From assembly GCA_944320495.1 (NCBI GenBank), contig CALUHR010000013.1, positions 64,001 to 128,000 of the forward strand: a DNA stretch of 64,000 nt, written 5' to 3'. Of this stretch, positions 1-9,221 are shown in pieces (position 1 is the first letter of the stretch; every line of letters begins with the position of its first letter). The translations under genes and the position numbers were made by a program. Source of the DNA: Candidatus Methanomethylophilaceae archaeon (GTDB taxonomy: Archaea; Thermoplasmatota; Thermoplasmata; Methanomassiliicoccales; Methanomethylophilaceae). The notes below the pieces were generated by a model. The model was not told where the DNA came from. It did no database searches and saw nothing but the letters and a program-made list of their open reading frames with translations.

Positions 1-2
1 GG

Positions 3-608
3 AGATGGGACGAGGAGGACACCATCGTCGCCATCTACTACGGCGAGGACGACGTGGCCGAGGGGTACATGGTGTACCAGATCAAGGCGGACGTCATGCA
101 CGTGAAGGAGATGGTCTACCTGAACATGGAGGCCCAGAGGGGGCTATGGGACTACATCAGCGCCCACTACTCCATGATCGAAGAGGTCAGGGGATACACC
201 TATAGGAGCGAGCTGATGGCGTTCATCCTCGAGGACGGGAACGTGACGGAGACCATCCGCCCGTACATGATGGCCCGCATCGTGGACGTGGAGCAGTTCT
301 TCGTCGACTACAGGACCGACGGGGCGGAGGCCGATGTTGTGTTCGCCTTCGAGGTGGAGGACTCCTTCCTCGAGTGGAACAACAGGACCTTCTGCGTGCT
401 GTTCCACGGCGGAAGGGCCGAGGTGACGGACATGGAACCGGACTACACGGTGAGCCTGTCCATCGGATCGCTGACCACCATGCTGATGGGGTACATGACC
501 GCCTCACAGCTCGCCAGGCTGGAGAGGCTGAAGGCCGAGCCGGAGGCCGTGGAGGCCCTGGACGAGATACTGATCCACGAGATCCCGTACATCTCGGACT
601 ATCTGTGA
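3..608 (+). CDS. Eis-like GNAT acetyltransferase with C-terminal SCP2-like domain (5' truncated by window edge)
   Basis: Frame is open from nt 3 (RWDEEDTIVAIYY..AEGYMVY). C-terminus has the Eis-type pattern 'D.FLEWNN..F.V.F..G.A...' and 'SLSIGSLTTMLMGY.TASQL....RL'. TGA stop. Confidence 0.7.
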   Translation, partial: RWDEEDTIVAIYYGEDDVAEGYMVYQIKADVMHVKEMVYLNMEAQRGLWDYISAHYSMIEEVRGYTYRSELMAFILEDGNVTETIRPYMMARIVDVEQFFVDYRTDGAEADVVFAFEVEDSFLEWNNRTFCVLFHGGRAEVTDMEPDYTVSLSIGSLTTMLMGYMTASQLARLERLKAEPEAVEALDEILIHEIPYISDYL

Positions 609-616
609 CGGTCATC

Positions 617-646
617 GCCGGGATGGGGCGGACGCCCCGCCCCGGC
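617..646. terminator. GC-rich hairpin between convergent genes
   Basis: GCCGGG(617-622)/CCCGGC(641-646) and GGGGCG(625-630)/CGCCCC(633-638) can pair. No clear U-tract. Confidence 0.3.
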
Positions 647-660
647 TATTCTCATCAGAC

Positions 661-1032
661 TCGGTCGTCCCACTCGGCGAAGAGTCTGGCTATGCCCTTC
701 TTGGCCACGGACCAGCAGGGGACTCCGCCGATGAGGACGGCCACCTTGATGGCCTCCAGGATCTCCTCCTTGGTGGCCCCGTAGTTCTTGGCCACCCTCG
801 CCTGGGCGTAGACGCAGTCCTCGCACATCCTTACCGCGACGCACGAGAGCGCCATCAGCCTCTTGGTCTTCCTGTCGATGGCCCCGTCCTCGACCATGAC
901 CCTGTCCATCGTGTGCAGGGTGTCGATGAAGGACGGATCCAGCTCCCTGATCGCCTTCAGCGTGTCTGGCGCGAACCCGCCCATGCCGCTGCACATCTGC
1001 CCGAACTTGTCTCCTCCGCATTCCTGGGACAT
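661..1032 (-). CDS. Carboxymuconolactone decarboxylase (CMD/AhpD-like) family protein
   Basis: 'GAIDRKTKRLMALSCVAVRMCEDCV..Q...AK..GATKEEILEAI' with a CxxC motif. ATG at 1032. Ends CGA(663-661)-GTC-TGA(657-655). Confidence 0.8.
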
Positions 1033-1191
1033 GCGTACGGAATCAGTGGGCGGGCAGATAACGGTTGCCCGTCGTGGGACTGGATTCAACCCCCGTTCAC
1101 ATCCGGCCCCTCGAAGTGATGGGCAGACCCTGTGAACATCGTGGGATCCCCGATCTACAATTGCATATTAACATTCGTAACTATCAAATTA

Positions 1192-1199
1192 TTTAAATA
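1192..1199 (+). promoter_or_regulatory. Archaeal TATA box upstream of the aIF-1A operon
   Basis: TTTAAATA about 28 nt upstream of ATG 1227, in an AT-rich intergenic tract. Confidence 0.5.
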
Positions 1200-1226
1200 G
1201 AGAATCCCTTCATGGGTCCCTTATAA

Positions 1227-1565
1227 GTGATGACCATGGTAGACAACCAACCGCTGGAGAGCCCCGATGCGGATGTCACCCGCGTTCGTCTTCCGAACAT
1301 CAAGGAGAACGAGATGTTCGGCATAGCCGACCAGCTGCTGGGCGCATCCAAGATCAAGGTCATGTGCGAGGACGGAGTGTCCCGCGTCGGCCGCATCCCC
1401 GGGAAGATCAAGAAGAGGATGTGGATAAGGGAGGGAGACCTCCTCATCGTGTCCGTCTGGGACTTCCAGCCGGACAAGTGCGACGTCCGCTTCAGGTACA
1501 CCCGCACGCAGGCCGTCAACCTCAGCAAGAGGGGCAAGGTCCCGAAGAACCTCGACATATTCTGA
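1227..1565 (+). CDS. eif1a: Translation initiation factor aIF-1A
   Basis: 'EMFGIADQLLGASKIKVMCEDGVSRVGRIPGKIKKRMWIREGDLLIV..WDFQ..KCDV..RY'. Confidence 0.97.
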   Translation: MMTMVDNQPLESPDADVTRVRLPNIKENEMFGIADQLLGASKIKVMCEDGVSRVGRIPGKIKKRMWIREGDLLIVSVWDFQPDKCDVRFRYTRTQAVNLSKRGKVPKNLDIF

Positions 1566-1573
1566 GAGGTTCC

Positions 1574-2371
1574 ATGACCTCCTACGAGGAGGCGTACGCG
1601 TACCTCGAGAGGCATGTGGACGCCCTAAAGACGGACCGCACCGGCGACGAGCGTCAGACCGACGCGGAGGTGTTCGACAGGAGGACCCTCCTGACGATCT
1701 ACGACATGATGACCGCCGGGTACATCGACATGGTGCACTACCCCGTGTCGACCGGCAAGGAGGGCAACGTCTTCTACGCCACCGACGAGGACGGCGACGG
1801 CATGGCCCTGAAGATCTTCAGGACCTCCACATCGACGTTCAAGCGCGTGGCTAAGTACATCGAGGGGGACCCCAGGTTCAGGGGCGCCACCGGCAACAGG
1901 TGGCGCATGATCTACACCTGGGTCAACAAGGAGTTCAAGAACCTCGCCAGGTACGCCGAGGCCGGGATACCCGTGCCGGAGCCCATAACGTTCAACCAGA
2001 ACTGCCTCCTGATGGAGTACATCGGCGACGAGACCGGACCCGCCCCCCAGCTCAGGGAGTGCGTCCTGGAGGACCCCACCGAGACCTACGACGATGTGAT
2101 ATCATTCATCATCGACGGATGGCAGGAGGCCCACCTCGTGCACGGGGACCTGAGCGAGTACAACATCCTCATGTGGGACGGCCAGCCCGTTATGATCGAC
2201 GTCGGGCAGGCCATGACCACTGACAACTACAACGCGAAGGAGCTCCTGGAGAGGGACATTCGCAACGTCAACGCCTTCTTCCGGAAGAGGGGCGCGGACG
2301 TCATAGAGGACGCCGTCGTCCTCGACGAGACACTGAACGGCGGCAGCGACGACGAGGAGGAAGAGGAATGA
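1574..2371 (+). CDS. rio1: RIO1 family Ser/Thr kinase
   Basis: 'STGKEGNVF', 'LVHGDLSEYNIL', 'IDVGQA'. True ATG at 1574; the ORF-track extension from 1364 overlaps aIF-1A. Confidence 0.95.
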   Translation: MTSYEEAYAYLERHVDALKTDRTGDERQTDAEVFDRRTLLTIYDMMTAGYIDMVHYPVSTGKEGNVFYATDEDGDGMALKIFRTSTSTFKRVAKYIEGDPRFRGATGNRWRMIYTWVNKEFKNLARYAEAGIPVPEPITFNQNCLLMEYIGDETGPAPQLRECVLEDPTETYDDVISFIIDGWQEAHLVHGDLSEYNILMWDGQPVMIDVGQAMTTDNYNAKELLERDIRNVNAFFRKRGADVIEDAVVLDETLNGGSDDEEEEE

Positions 2372-2916
2372 GGTCCATAAGGATACCCGCCGACAGGGTC
2401 GGCACCCTCATAGGGAAGAACGGAGAGGTCAAGAAGACCCTCCAGAACATCTCCGGGATCAAGATCGATGTGGACACCGAGGAGGGGGAGGTCATCCTCC
2501 ACGACGACGTGGAGCTCGAGGACCCCCTCAAGGCGCTCCAGCTCATGGACGTCGTCAAGGCCGTCGGCAGGGGGTTCAACCCCGAGAAGGCCATGAGGCT
2601 GTTCGAGGACGACGAGTACCTCGAGGTCGTTGATCTCAAGGAGTTCGTCGGCGAGCGCTCCAACCAGCTCGCCAGGATCCGCGGGAGGCTCATCGGCAAG
2701 GACGGCAAGACCCGCAGGATCATCGAGGACCTGACCGGCTGCGATATGGTGATCTACGGCAACACCGTCGGGCTGATCGGGAACTCCGTCACACTCCCCG
2801 TGGCCAAGCACGCCGTGGAGCTCATCCTCCAGGGCAGCGAGCACGCCACCGTGTACCACTATCTGGAGAGCCAGCGCCCCCGCCTCCGCATCGCGGAGAT
2901 GGGATTCGACCTGTGA
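2368..2916 (+). CDS. KH-domain rRNA processing protein (Dim2/Pno1-like)
   Basis: Two GxxG KH motifs ('GTLIGKNG', 'GRLIGKDG'), conserved position after rio1, ATGA overlap. Confidence 0.92.
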   Translation: MRSIRIPADRVGTLIGKNGEVKKTLQNISGIKIDVDTEEGEVILHDDVELEDPLKALQLMDVVKAVGRGFNPEKAMRLFEDDEYLEVVDLKEFVGERSNQLARIRGRLIGKDGKTRRIIEDLTGCDMVIYGNTVGLIGNSVTLPVAKHAVELILQGSEHATVYHYLESQRPRLRIAEMGFDL

Positions 2917-2925
2917 GGCGACCCC

Positions 2926-4152
2926 ATGGAGGACTGGATCTACGAGAACCTGGAGACCGCCCGCGCCCTCGCTTCCGAGGGACTGTGCGACAGGTGCCTG
3001 GGCCGCATGTTCGGCAAGGTCGGCACCGGCATGACCAACGACGAGCGCGGACGCATGGTCCGCGAGGCTCTCGCGGAGGAGGGAGACTGCCCTCCCGCAG
3101 TGTCGCCCTGTCCCCTGTGCGAGGACATCTTCGACCTGCTCCCCCGCTTCGCCGAGAACGTGGCGGAGGCGGTGAACCCCATAGAGTCCGACAACTTCCT
3201 CGTCGGCACCAAGGTCGAACCCGAGATCGCCGAGCGCGAGAGGGCCCTGTGGGAGAAGCACCAGCTCCAGAGCCCGGAGGCCATCAAGTCCGAGCTCAAC
3301 CGCGAGATCGGCAAGCTGGCACTCCCCATGATCCACCGCCCGGTGGAGTTCAAGAACCCCCAGGTGGTCGCCCTGGTGGACACCCGCTTCGGCGAGGTCA
3401 AGCTGGACATCGCCCCCCTCTTCATCGCCGGCCGCTACAACAAGTACAGCCGCGAGATCCCCCAGACCATATGGCCCTGCAGGGAGTGCCACGGCAAGGG
3501 ATGTCCCCACTGCCACGGCAAGGGCAAGATGTACGAGACCTCGGTGCAGGAGATCATCGGGGACATCGCCCTGGAGATGGCCGACGGGAAGGAGCACTTC
3601 TTCCACGGCATGGGCCGCGAGGACATCGACGCGCGCATGCTCGGTGACGGGAGGCCCTTCGTCCTGGAGATCTCCCAGCCCAGGAGGAGGTTCATAGACC
3701 TGGACGAGCTCGAGAGGAGGTCCAGCGCAGGCGACATGGCAGCGTTCAACTCCCTGCACTTCGTCCAGCGCGAGGCCGTCGAGAGATACAAGGGTGCCGC
3801 GTCCGACAAGGTCTATCGCGTGCGCGTTAAAGCAGACGGCAAAGTTAATAAAGAGGCAGTAGTTGACGTCGCCTTATCGTTCAAGGACGCCGATATAGAA
3901 CAGAGGACTCCACGCCGTGTCGAGCACAGAAGGGCCGACCTGGTCAGGAAGAGGAGGATCCACTGGGTGACGGCGGACTCCTTCGACGGGGACCGGTTCG
4001 ACCTCGAACTCGAGACCGACTCCGGCACGTACGTGAAGGAGTTCGTGTCCGGGGACGACGGCCGCACTCACCCCAACTTCTCTGAGAGGCTTGGGATCCA
4101 GTGCGTCGTCGAGGCCCTCGACGTATTGGCGATTGACTATCACGAACCACGA
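2926..4152 (+). CDS. pus10: tRNA pseudouridine(54/55) synthase Pus10 (408 aa if CGA at 4150-4152 is the stop)
   Basis: 'LCDRCLGRMF', 'GRYNKYSREIPQT.W', 'FHGMGREDIDARMLG.GRPFVLE', 'SGTYVKEFVSGD.GRT.P', terminal 'LDVLAID'. First in-frame CGA follows four codons after 'AID', 10 nt before the rpl21e ATG. Confidence 0.92.
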
Positions 4153-4162
4153 GGGATTCACA

Positions 4163-4456
4163 ATGCAGGCATCCAGAGGAACAAGGACCAAAACCCGCAA
4201 CCTCCTGAAGAAGAAGCCGAGGGCACGCGGCCTGTCCCCCATCACCAAGGGACTCCAGACCTTCGAGCCCGGCGACAAGGTCAACATCATCATCGACCCC
4301 AGCGTCCACAAGGGCATGCCCTTCTCCAGGTTCCACGGTCTCACCGGCGTCGTCATCGACTCCAGGGGAGAGGCCTACGAGGTCAGCGTCAAGGACGGCA
4401 ACAAGACGAAGATCGTCGTCGCCCGCCCCGAGCACCTCGTCAGGACCATGGAGTGA
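4163..4456 (+). CDS. rpl21e: 50S ribosomal protein L21e
   Basis: 'MQASRGTRTKTR..L.K..R.RG', 'F..GDKV.I.IDPSVHKGMP..RFHG.TG.V', 'K...ARPEHL'. Confidence 0.97.
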   Translation: MQASRGTRTKTRNLLKKKPRARGLSPITKGLQTFEPGDKVNIIIDPSVHKGMPFSRFHGLTGVVIDSRGEAYEVSVKDGNKTKIVVARPEHLVRTME

Positions 4457-4462
4457 GGTCCC

Positions 4463-4789
4463 ATGGAGCAGAGGTACCTCACGGTCGCCGAGGTGGGGGC
4501 GCTCCTCCAGGCCGAATCAGAGGCCAGGGGATACGACTTCATGCTCGCCTCCCAGAAGGCGGCGCTCGACCACGCGCAGAAGACCTGCGCGATTACGAAG
4601 GAGCAGGCGGACGCCATCGTGGCCGCCGCCCTCCAGCTCGACTTCGTGACCGAGCCCGTGGCCGTGAAGATCGCCGACCTGCTCCCCTCCACCCCCGAGG
4701 ACGTGCGCGCCATCTTCGCCAAGGAGAGGGTCGTCCTCGAGAAGGAGCAGATAGACGCCGTCATCGACATCGTCAGCGACAACTCGTGA
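4463..4789 (+). CDS. rpoF: RNA polymerase subunit Rpo4 (RpoF)
   Basis: 'AVKIADLLP.TPEDVRAIFAKER' with conserved synteny rpl21e-rpoF-DUF655-ksgA. Confidence 0.92.
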   Translation: MEQRYLTVAEVGALLQAESEARGYDFMLASQKAALDHAQKTCAITKEQADAIVAAALQLDFVTEPVAVKIADLLPSTPEDVRAIFAKERVVLEKEQIDAVIDIVSDNS

Positions 4790-4798
4790 CGTGATCAA

Positions 4799-5350
4799 GT
4801 GGAAGACTACGCCTACATCCTCGACTGGCTGCCGACCGGTGCCACCGGCGGCGGATTCTCCAAACGCGAACCCCTCGTCTACGCCATCGGCGCGGAGGAG
4901 TTCAAGCTCTTCGAGCTCGTCCCGAAGGCTACCGCGCAGGTGACCATAGGCACCAGGACCTACATCGGGAAGGACACCCCCCAGATCAAGAGGGACGTTA
5001 TCGACCACGTCAAGAGGCGCATCGGTTTCAACGAGCTCACCAGCAACGCCCAGAGCGAGCTGGAGTACGCTGTGACCGACATAGTCATGGCCGACCAGGC
5101 CAGGTTCGTGAAGTTCTTCAACGAGGCCGAGGGGATCAGCCTCCGCAAGCACATGCTTGAGGAGCTGCCCGGCCTCGGGAAGAAGTCCATGGCCACCATC
5201 CTCGAGGAGAGGAAGAAGGGTCCGTTCAAGGACTTCGCAGACCTCACCGAGCGCACCGGCATCAAGGCGCCCGAGAAGTTCATCGTTTCGCGCATCGTGC
5301 TCGAGATCTCCGATCCCGACAGGAAGCGCTACATCTTCGTCTCCAGATGA
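4799..5350 (+). CDS. DUF655 family putative RNA-binding protein
   Basis: 'EDYAYILDWLP.G', 'LRKHMLEELPGLGKK....ILEER...PF.DF.DL..R'. GTG start. Confidence 0.9.
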   Translation: MEDYAYILDWLPTGATGGGFSKREPLVYAIGAEEFKLFELVPKATAQVTIGTRTYIGKDTPQIKRDVIDHVKRRIGFNELTSNAQSELEYAVTDIVMADQARFVKFFNEAEGISLRKHMLEELPGLGKKSMATILEERKKGPFKDFADLTERTGIKAPEKFIVSRIVLEISDPDRKRYIFVSR

Positions 5351-6132
5351 GCACCGCCAGAGAGCTCATGGCCTCCGCGGGAGTCGTCCCGAAGAAGAGC
5401 AAGGGGCAGAATTTTCTGATTGACGACCGCGTGGCGGACCGCATCGTCGGCTACGCCGGCATCACGCCCTCCGACAGGGTGCTGGAGATCGGCCCCGGGT
5501 TCGGCGTCCTCACAGATAGGCTCGCCGGCATGGGATCGAGCCTCACGTGCATCGAACTTGATACCAAGCTCGCATCCTACATCAGATCGACCTACGGCGA
5601 CCGCCTCACGCTCATCGAGGGCGACGCGGTCAAGGTCCCCTTCCCGGAGTTCGACGTCCTCGTCAGCAACCTGCCGTACAGCGTCTCGACCCCCATCATC
5701 TTCAAGCTCCTGGACCGCCCGTTCAGACGCGCCGTCGTCATGGTCCAGAAGGAGTTCGCCGACCGCATGGTCGCGGACGTCGGCAGCCCCGAGTACTCGA
5801 GGCTCACCGTCAACCTGTTCTACCGCGCCGAGTGCGAGATACTCGAACCCGTCCCCGCGTCCAGGTTCGACCCCAGGCCCAAGGTTGACTCCGCCGTAGT
5901 CGGCATAACGCCGAGACCCGCGCCGTTCGAGGTCCTCGACGAGCGCACGTTCTTCAAGGTGACCGAGGCCTGCTTCAACCAGCGCAGGAAGAAGATCGGC
6001 ACCGCCCTCAGGAACTACCGTCTGGTGGAGTCGTCCGAGAACATACCCTACAGGGACGACCGCATAGAGGACCTCCGTCCGGTGGAGATCGCCGAGATCG
6101 CTGACGCGGTGTTCCTGACCAGCAGACAGCGA
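5347..6132 (+). CDS. ksgA: 16S rRNA m6,2A dimethyltransferase KsgA/RsmA (261 aa with CGA stop 6130-6132)
   Basis: 'KKSKGQNFL', 'VLEIGPGFGVLT', 'VSNLPYSVSTP', 'MVQKEFA.R', 'F.PRPKVDSAVV'. CGA lies shortly after the terminal helix; the standard-code stop is 6171. Confidence 0.93.
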
Positions 6133-6202
6133 TCGCTTCAACCAGACCGCCGGCGAAGAGGGGCAGGTTGATATACAACATATTGTCTGATTGCGGGACA
6201 TC

Positions 6203-6919
6203 ATGAGGCACGACCATATCGCCAGACGCATCCTCGTCTTCGCGATGGGTCTTCTGGTGATCTCGCTGAGCATCGGATTCATCACGAAGGCGTCCCTCGG
6301 GACCCCTCCGATCTCCTCCATCCCCTACAGCCTGTCACTGATCTTCCCATCGCTGACGCTCGGCAACTTCACCATCCTCTACAGCCTGCTGCTCGTGTTC
6401 CTGCAGCTCGTCATCCTCGGGAAGGAGGCGGACAAGCTCAGCCTCGGTCTCCAGGTCATCATATCATTCGTGTTCGGGTACTTCATCGACTTCGGGCTCA
6501 TGGTGCTGGGCGACTTCGCGCCAGACGCCTACTGGGAGCAGGTCGTCTGCGTCCTGATCGGATGCTTCGGACTCGCCCTTGGGGTCTATCTGCAGATCAT
6601 CGCCGACTTCACCATGGTCCCAGGGGACGGCTTCGCCTACGCGCTCTCGGTGAAGATCAAGAGGAAGCCCTACAGGGTCGTCCGCGTCTGCTCGGACGTG
6701 ACGATGATCGTCATCGCCGCCCTGCTCGGCTTCATCGCCATGGGCGGGACCGGAGGGGTGCGCGAGGGCACCGTCATCTGCGCGCTCCTGATCGGCACCA
6801 TAGCGGGAGTCTACTTCAGCAAGCTGAGGTGGCTCACCGTCAGGCTCTTCCCGGAGGATGCCCAGGAGACCGTAGTCACCGCCGAACCCGCGGGGGGATC
6901 CGGTGCCAGCGGACAGTGA
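6203..6919 (+). CDS. YczE/YyaS/YitT (DUF6198-like) membrane protein
   Basis: 'ASLGTPPISSIPYSLS', 'LTLGNFT', 'GVREGTVICALLIG'; multiple TM segments. Confidence 0.8.
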   Translation: MRHDHIARRILVFAMGLLVISLSIGFITKASLGTPPISSIPYSLSLIFPSLTLGNFTILYSLLLVFLQLVILGKEADKLSLGLQVIISFVFGYFIDFGLMVLGDFAPDAYWEQVVCVLIGCFGLALGVYLQIIADFTMVPGDGFAYALSVKIKRKPYRVVRVCSDVTMIVIAALLGFIAMGGTGGVREGTVICALLIGTIAGVYFSKLRWLTVRLFPEDAQETVVTAEPAGGSGASGQ

Positions 6920-7346
6920 CATCCTGGCCGTGGCCCGCATGCTCCGCATCGCGGGGCGCGAGGTCACGAGACGCCGCGACGCCCATGCCGCCAGCCTCGG
7001 GCTGACATCGTCCCAGGCGGATGCGCTCACGTTCATCCGCGAGCATCCGGGATGCATGATCGCCGACCTCGGGGCCTATTCAGGCTCCTCGCACCAGGCG
7101 GCCAGGACCCTCGTCGAGAGGCTGCGGGAGAGGGGACTGGTCGAGGTCTCCGTATCGGACAGGGACGCCCGCGCAAGGGTCCTCGAGATAACCCCCCGCG
7201 GAATACTCCTGCACGACAGGTTCCTCGCCATGGGCGCGGAGTCCTTCGGCAACATCAGGGAATCCTTCGACGAGGGCGAGGTCAGGGACCTCAGGGACAC
7301 CTTGGAGAGGTTGATGGCGCTCCTCGGTCTGGAGAGGACGGTCCGA
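6903..7346 (+). CDS. MarR family transcriptional regulator (CGA stop 7344-7346)
   Basis: 'LGLTSSQADAL.FI', 'LVERL.ERGLV....S.RDARAR.L.ITPRG'. GTG start; TGA 5 codons after the CGA. Confidence 0.85.
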
Positions 7347-7368
7347 TCCGTATTTCTATGGTGACACG

Positions 7369-7950
7369 ATGTCATCGAACATGGATCTCGAGAGGTTCAG
7401 AGAGCTGATGGCGAGGGACGGAAGGATCGTCTTCCCCTCCGAGGACGTAGGCGCGTTCTTGAACGAGGCGGCCGACAGGTCCCGCCGCATCACCATGGAC
7501 CTCAACACCGAATACCACACGATGGAGGAGATCCGCTCCATCATGTCGGAGCTCATATGCGAGCCCGTGGGCGAGGGGTTCAGATTGTTTCCTCCGTTCC
7601 ATGCGGACTTCGGCATGAACATCCACATCGGAAGGGACGTGTTCATCAACGAGGGGTGCTGCTTCCAGGACCAGGGAGGAATCTGGATAGGCGACGGATC
7701 GATGATAGGTCAGCAGGTCGTCATGGCCACCCTCGACCACGACCTGGACCCGGAGCACAGATATGACATGTTCCCGGGGCCGATTCACATCGGCAGGAAC
7801 GTCTGGGTCGGTGCCCATGCGACGATACTCAGGAACGTGACCATAGGCGACGGGGCCGTCGTGGCGGCCGGTGCGGTGGTCACGAGGGATGTCCCGCCGA
7901 ACACGGTCGTCGCCGGGGTGCCAGCGAAAGTCGTGAAGACCGTGGATCGA
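7369..7950 (+). CDS. Maltose/galactoside O-acetyltransferase (hexapeptide repeat; 193 aa with CGA stop 7948-7950)
   Basis: 'PPFHADFG.NI.IG..VFIN', 'PIHIG.NVWVGA.ATIL.NVTIGDGAVVAAGAVVTRDVP.NTVVAGVPAKVVKT'. The family ends at this last motif and CGA follows 2 codons later; the standard code gives 625 aa running across ychF. Confidence 0.9.
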
Positions 7951-8026
7951 TTCTGGCACTTCGGATGCGGATGGGAAATCGCCCGACACAATTTAACGCG
8001 AGTACCCCCATCGGCCCCGGGATCAC

Positions 8027-9214
8027 ATGCAGATAGGAATCGTAGGGAAGCCGAACGTCGGCAAGTCGACCTTCTTCGGAGCAGCCACCATGGCGCCGGT
8101 GGAGATCGCCAACTATCCCTTCACCACCATCGAGCCCAACAAGGGCGTCGCTTACGTGCGCACACCGTGCCCCTGCAGGGAGCTCGGCGTCAAGTGCACA
8201 CCGCACAACTCGATCTGCGTCGACGGGACCAGGATGGTCCCAGTGGAACTCCTGGACGTCGCCGGGCTGGTCCCCGACGCGTGGCAGGGCAAGGGCCTGG
8301 GAAACAAGTTCCTGGACGACCTGAGGCAGGCGGACGCCCTGATCAACGTCGTGGACGCCAGCGGCTCCACCGACATCGAGGGGAACCCCGTGGACACCGG
8401 CACCCACGACCCGACCGAGGACATCCTGTTCCTCAGGACCGAGATCGAGTGCTGGATGCGCGAGATCATCAAGAACGGCTTCGCCAAGATAGCCAGACAG
8501 GCCAAGATGCAGGGATCCAAGCCCGAGGCGATACTCGCGGAGAGGCTCCAGGGGCTGAAGGTCACCGAGACCCAGATCAAGGAGGCCCTGAGAGAGGTCC
8601 CTCTCCCGGACGACCCCACCAAGTGGGACGACGACCTTCTGCTGAAGCTGTGCGGAGCCATCCGCGAGCGCTCCAAGCCGATGATCGCCGCCATGAACAA
8701 GGCCGATCTCGCCTCGAAGGAGAACCTCGCGAAGATCGAGGCGGTCAACCCGATCTGCGTCCCCACCATGGCCGAGACCGAGCTCGCCCTCAAGAAGGCC
8801 GCCGCCGGCGGACTGGTGGACTACACCCCGGGCGACGCCACCTTCAGGATCAAGGACGGGGCGAAGGTCTCCGAGGGACAGAGGAAGGCCCTCGAGTACA
8901 TGGCGGAGAACATGGAGCGCAACGGCGGCACCGGCGTCCAGAGATGCATCGAGGAGGCCGCGTTCAAGATGCTGGACCTCATCTGCGTCTATCCCGTCGA
9001 GGACGAGACCAAGTTCACCGACCACTTCGGCAGGGTCCTGCCGGACGCGTTCCTGGTGCCCCGCGGCAGCACCGCCCGGGACCTGGCGTACCGCGTGCAC
9101 ACCGACCTCGGGGACAAGTTCATACGCGCCGTCAACGCGAAGACCAAGCGCACCGTCGGTGCGGACTACGTCCTCCAGGACGGCGACGTCATCAGGATAG
9201 TCGCCAACAAGTGA
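8027..9214 (+). CDS. ychF: Obg-family ATPase YchF/OLA1
   Basis: 'GIVGKPNVGKSTFF', 'ANYPFTTIEPN', 'DVAGLVP.A..G.GLGNKFL', C-terminal TGS domain. Confidence 0.95.
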   Translation: MQIGIVGKPNVGKSTFFGAATMAPVEIANYPFTTIEPNKGVAYVRTPCPCRELGVKCTPHNSICVDGTRMVPVELLDVAGLVPDAWQGKGLGNKFLDDLRQADALINVVDASGSTDIEGNPVDTGTHDPTEDILFLRTEIECWMREIIKNGFAKIARQAKMQGSKPEAILAERLQGLKVTETQIKEALREVPLPDDPTKWDDDLLLKLCGAIRERSKPMIAAMNKADLASKENLAKIEAVNPICVPTMAETELALKKAAAGGLVDYTPGDATFRIKDGAKVSEGQRKALEYMAENMERNGGTGVQRCIEEAAFKMLDLICVYPVEDETKFTDHFGRVLPDAFLVPRGSTARDLAYRVHTDLGDKFIRAVNAKTKRTVGADYVLQDGDVIRIVANK

Positions 9215-9221
9215 GGTTCCC

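Noticed and set aside
2926-4794. 622-aa Pus10 'fusion' ORF, and similarly the 1009-aa PolB, 625-aa acetyltransferase, 583-aa Nob1, 455-aa ProC and 696-aa radical SAM ORFs, as real fusion proteins
   Set aside because: The tails have no recognisable domains and are out-of-frame or antisense reads of well-conserved neighbours. Each begins exactly at an in-frame CGA.
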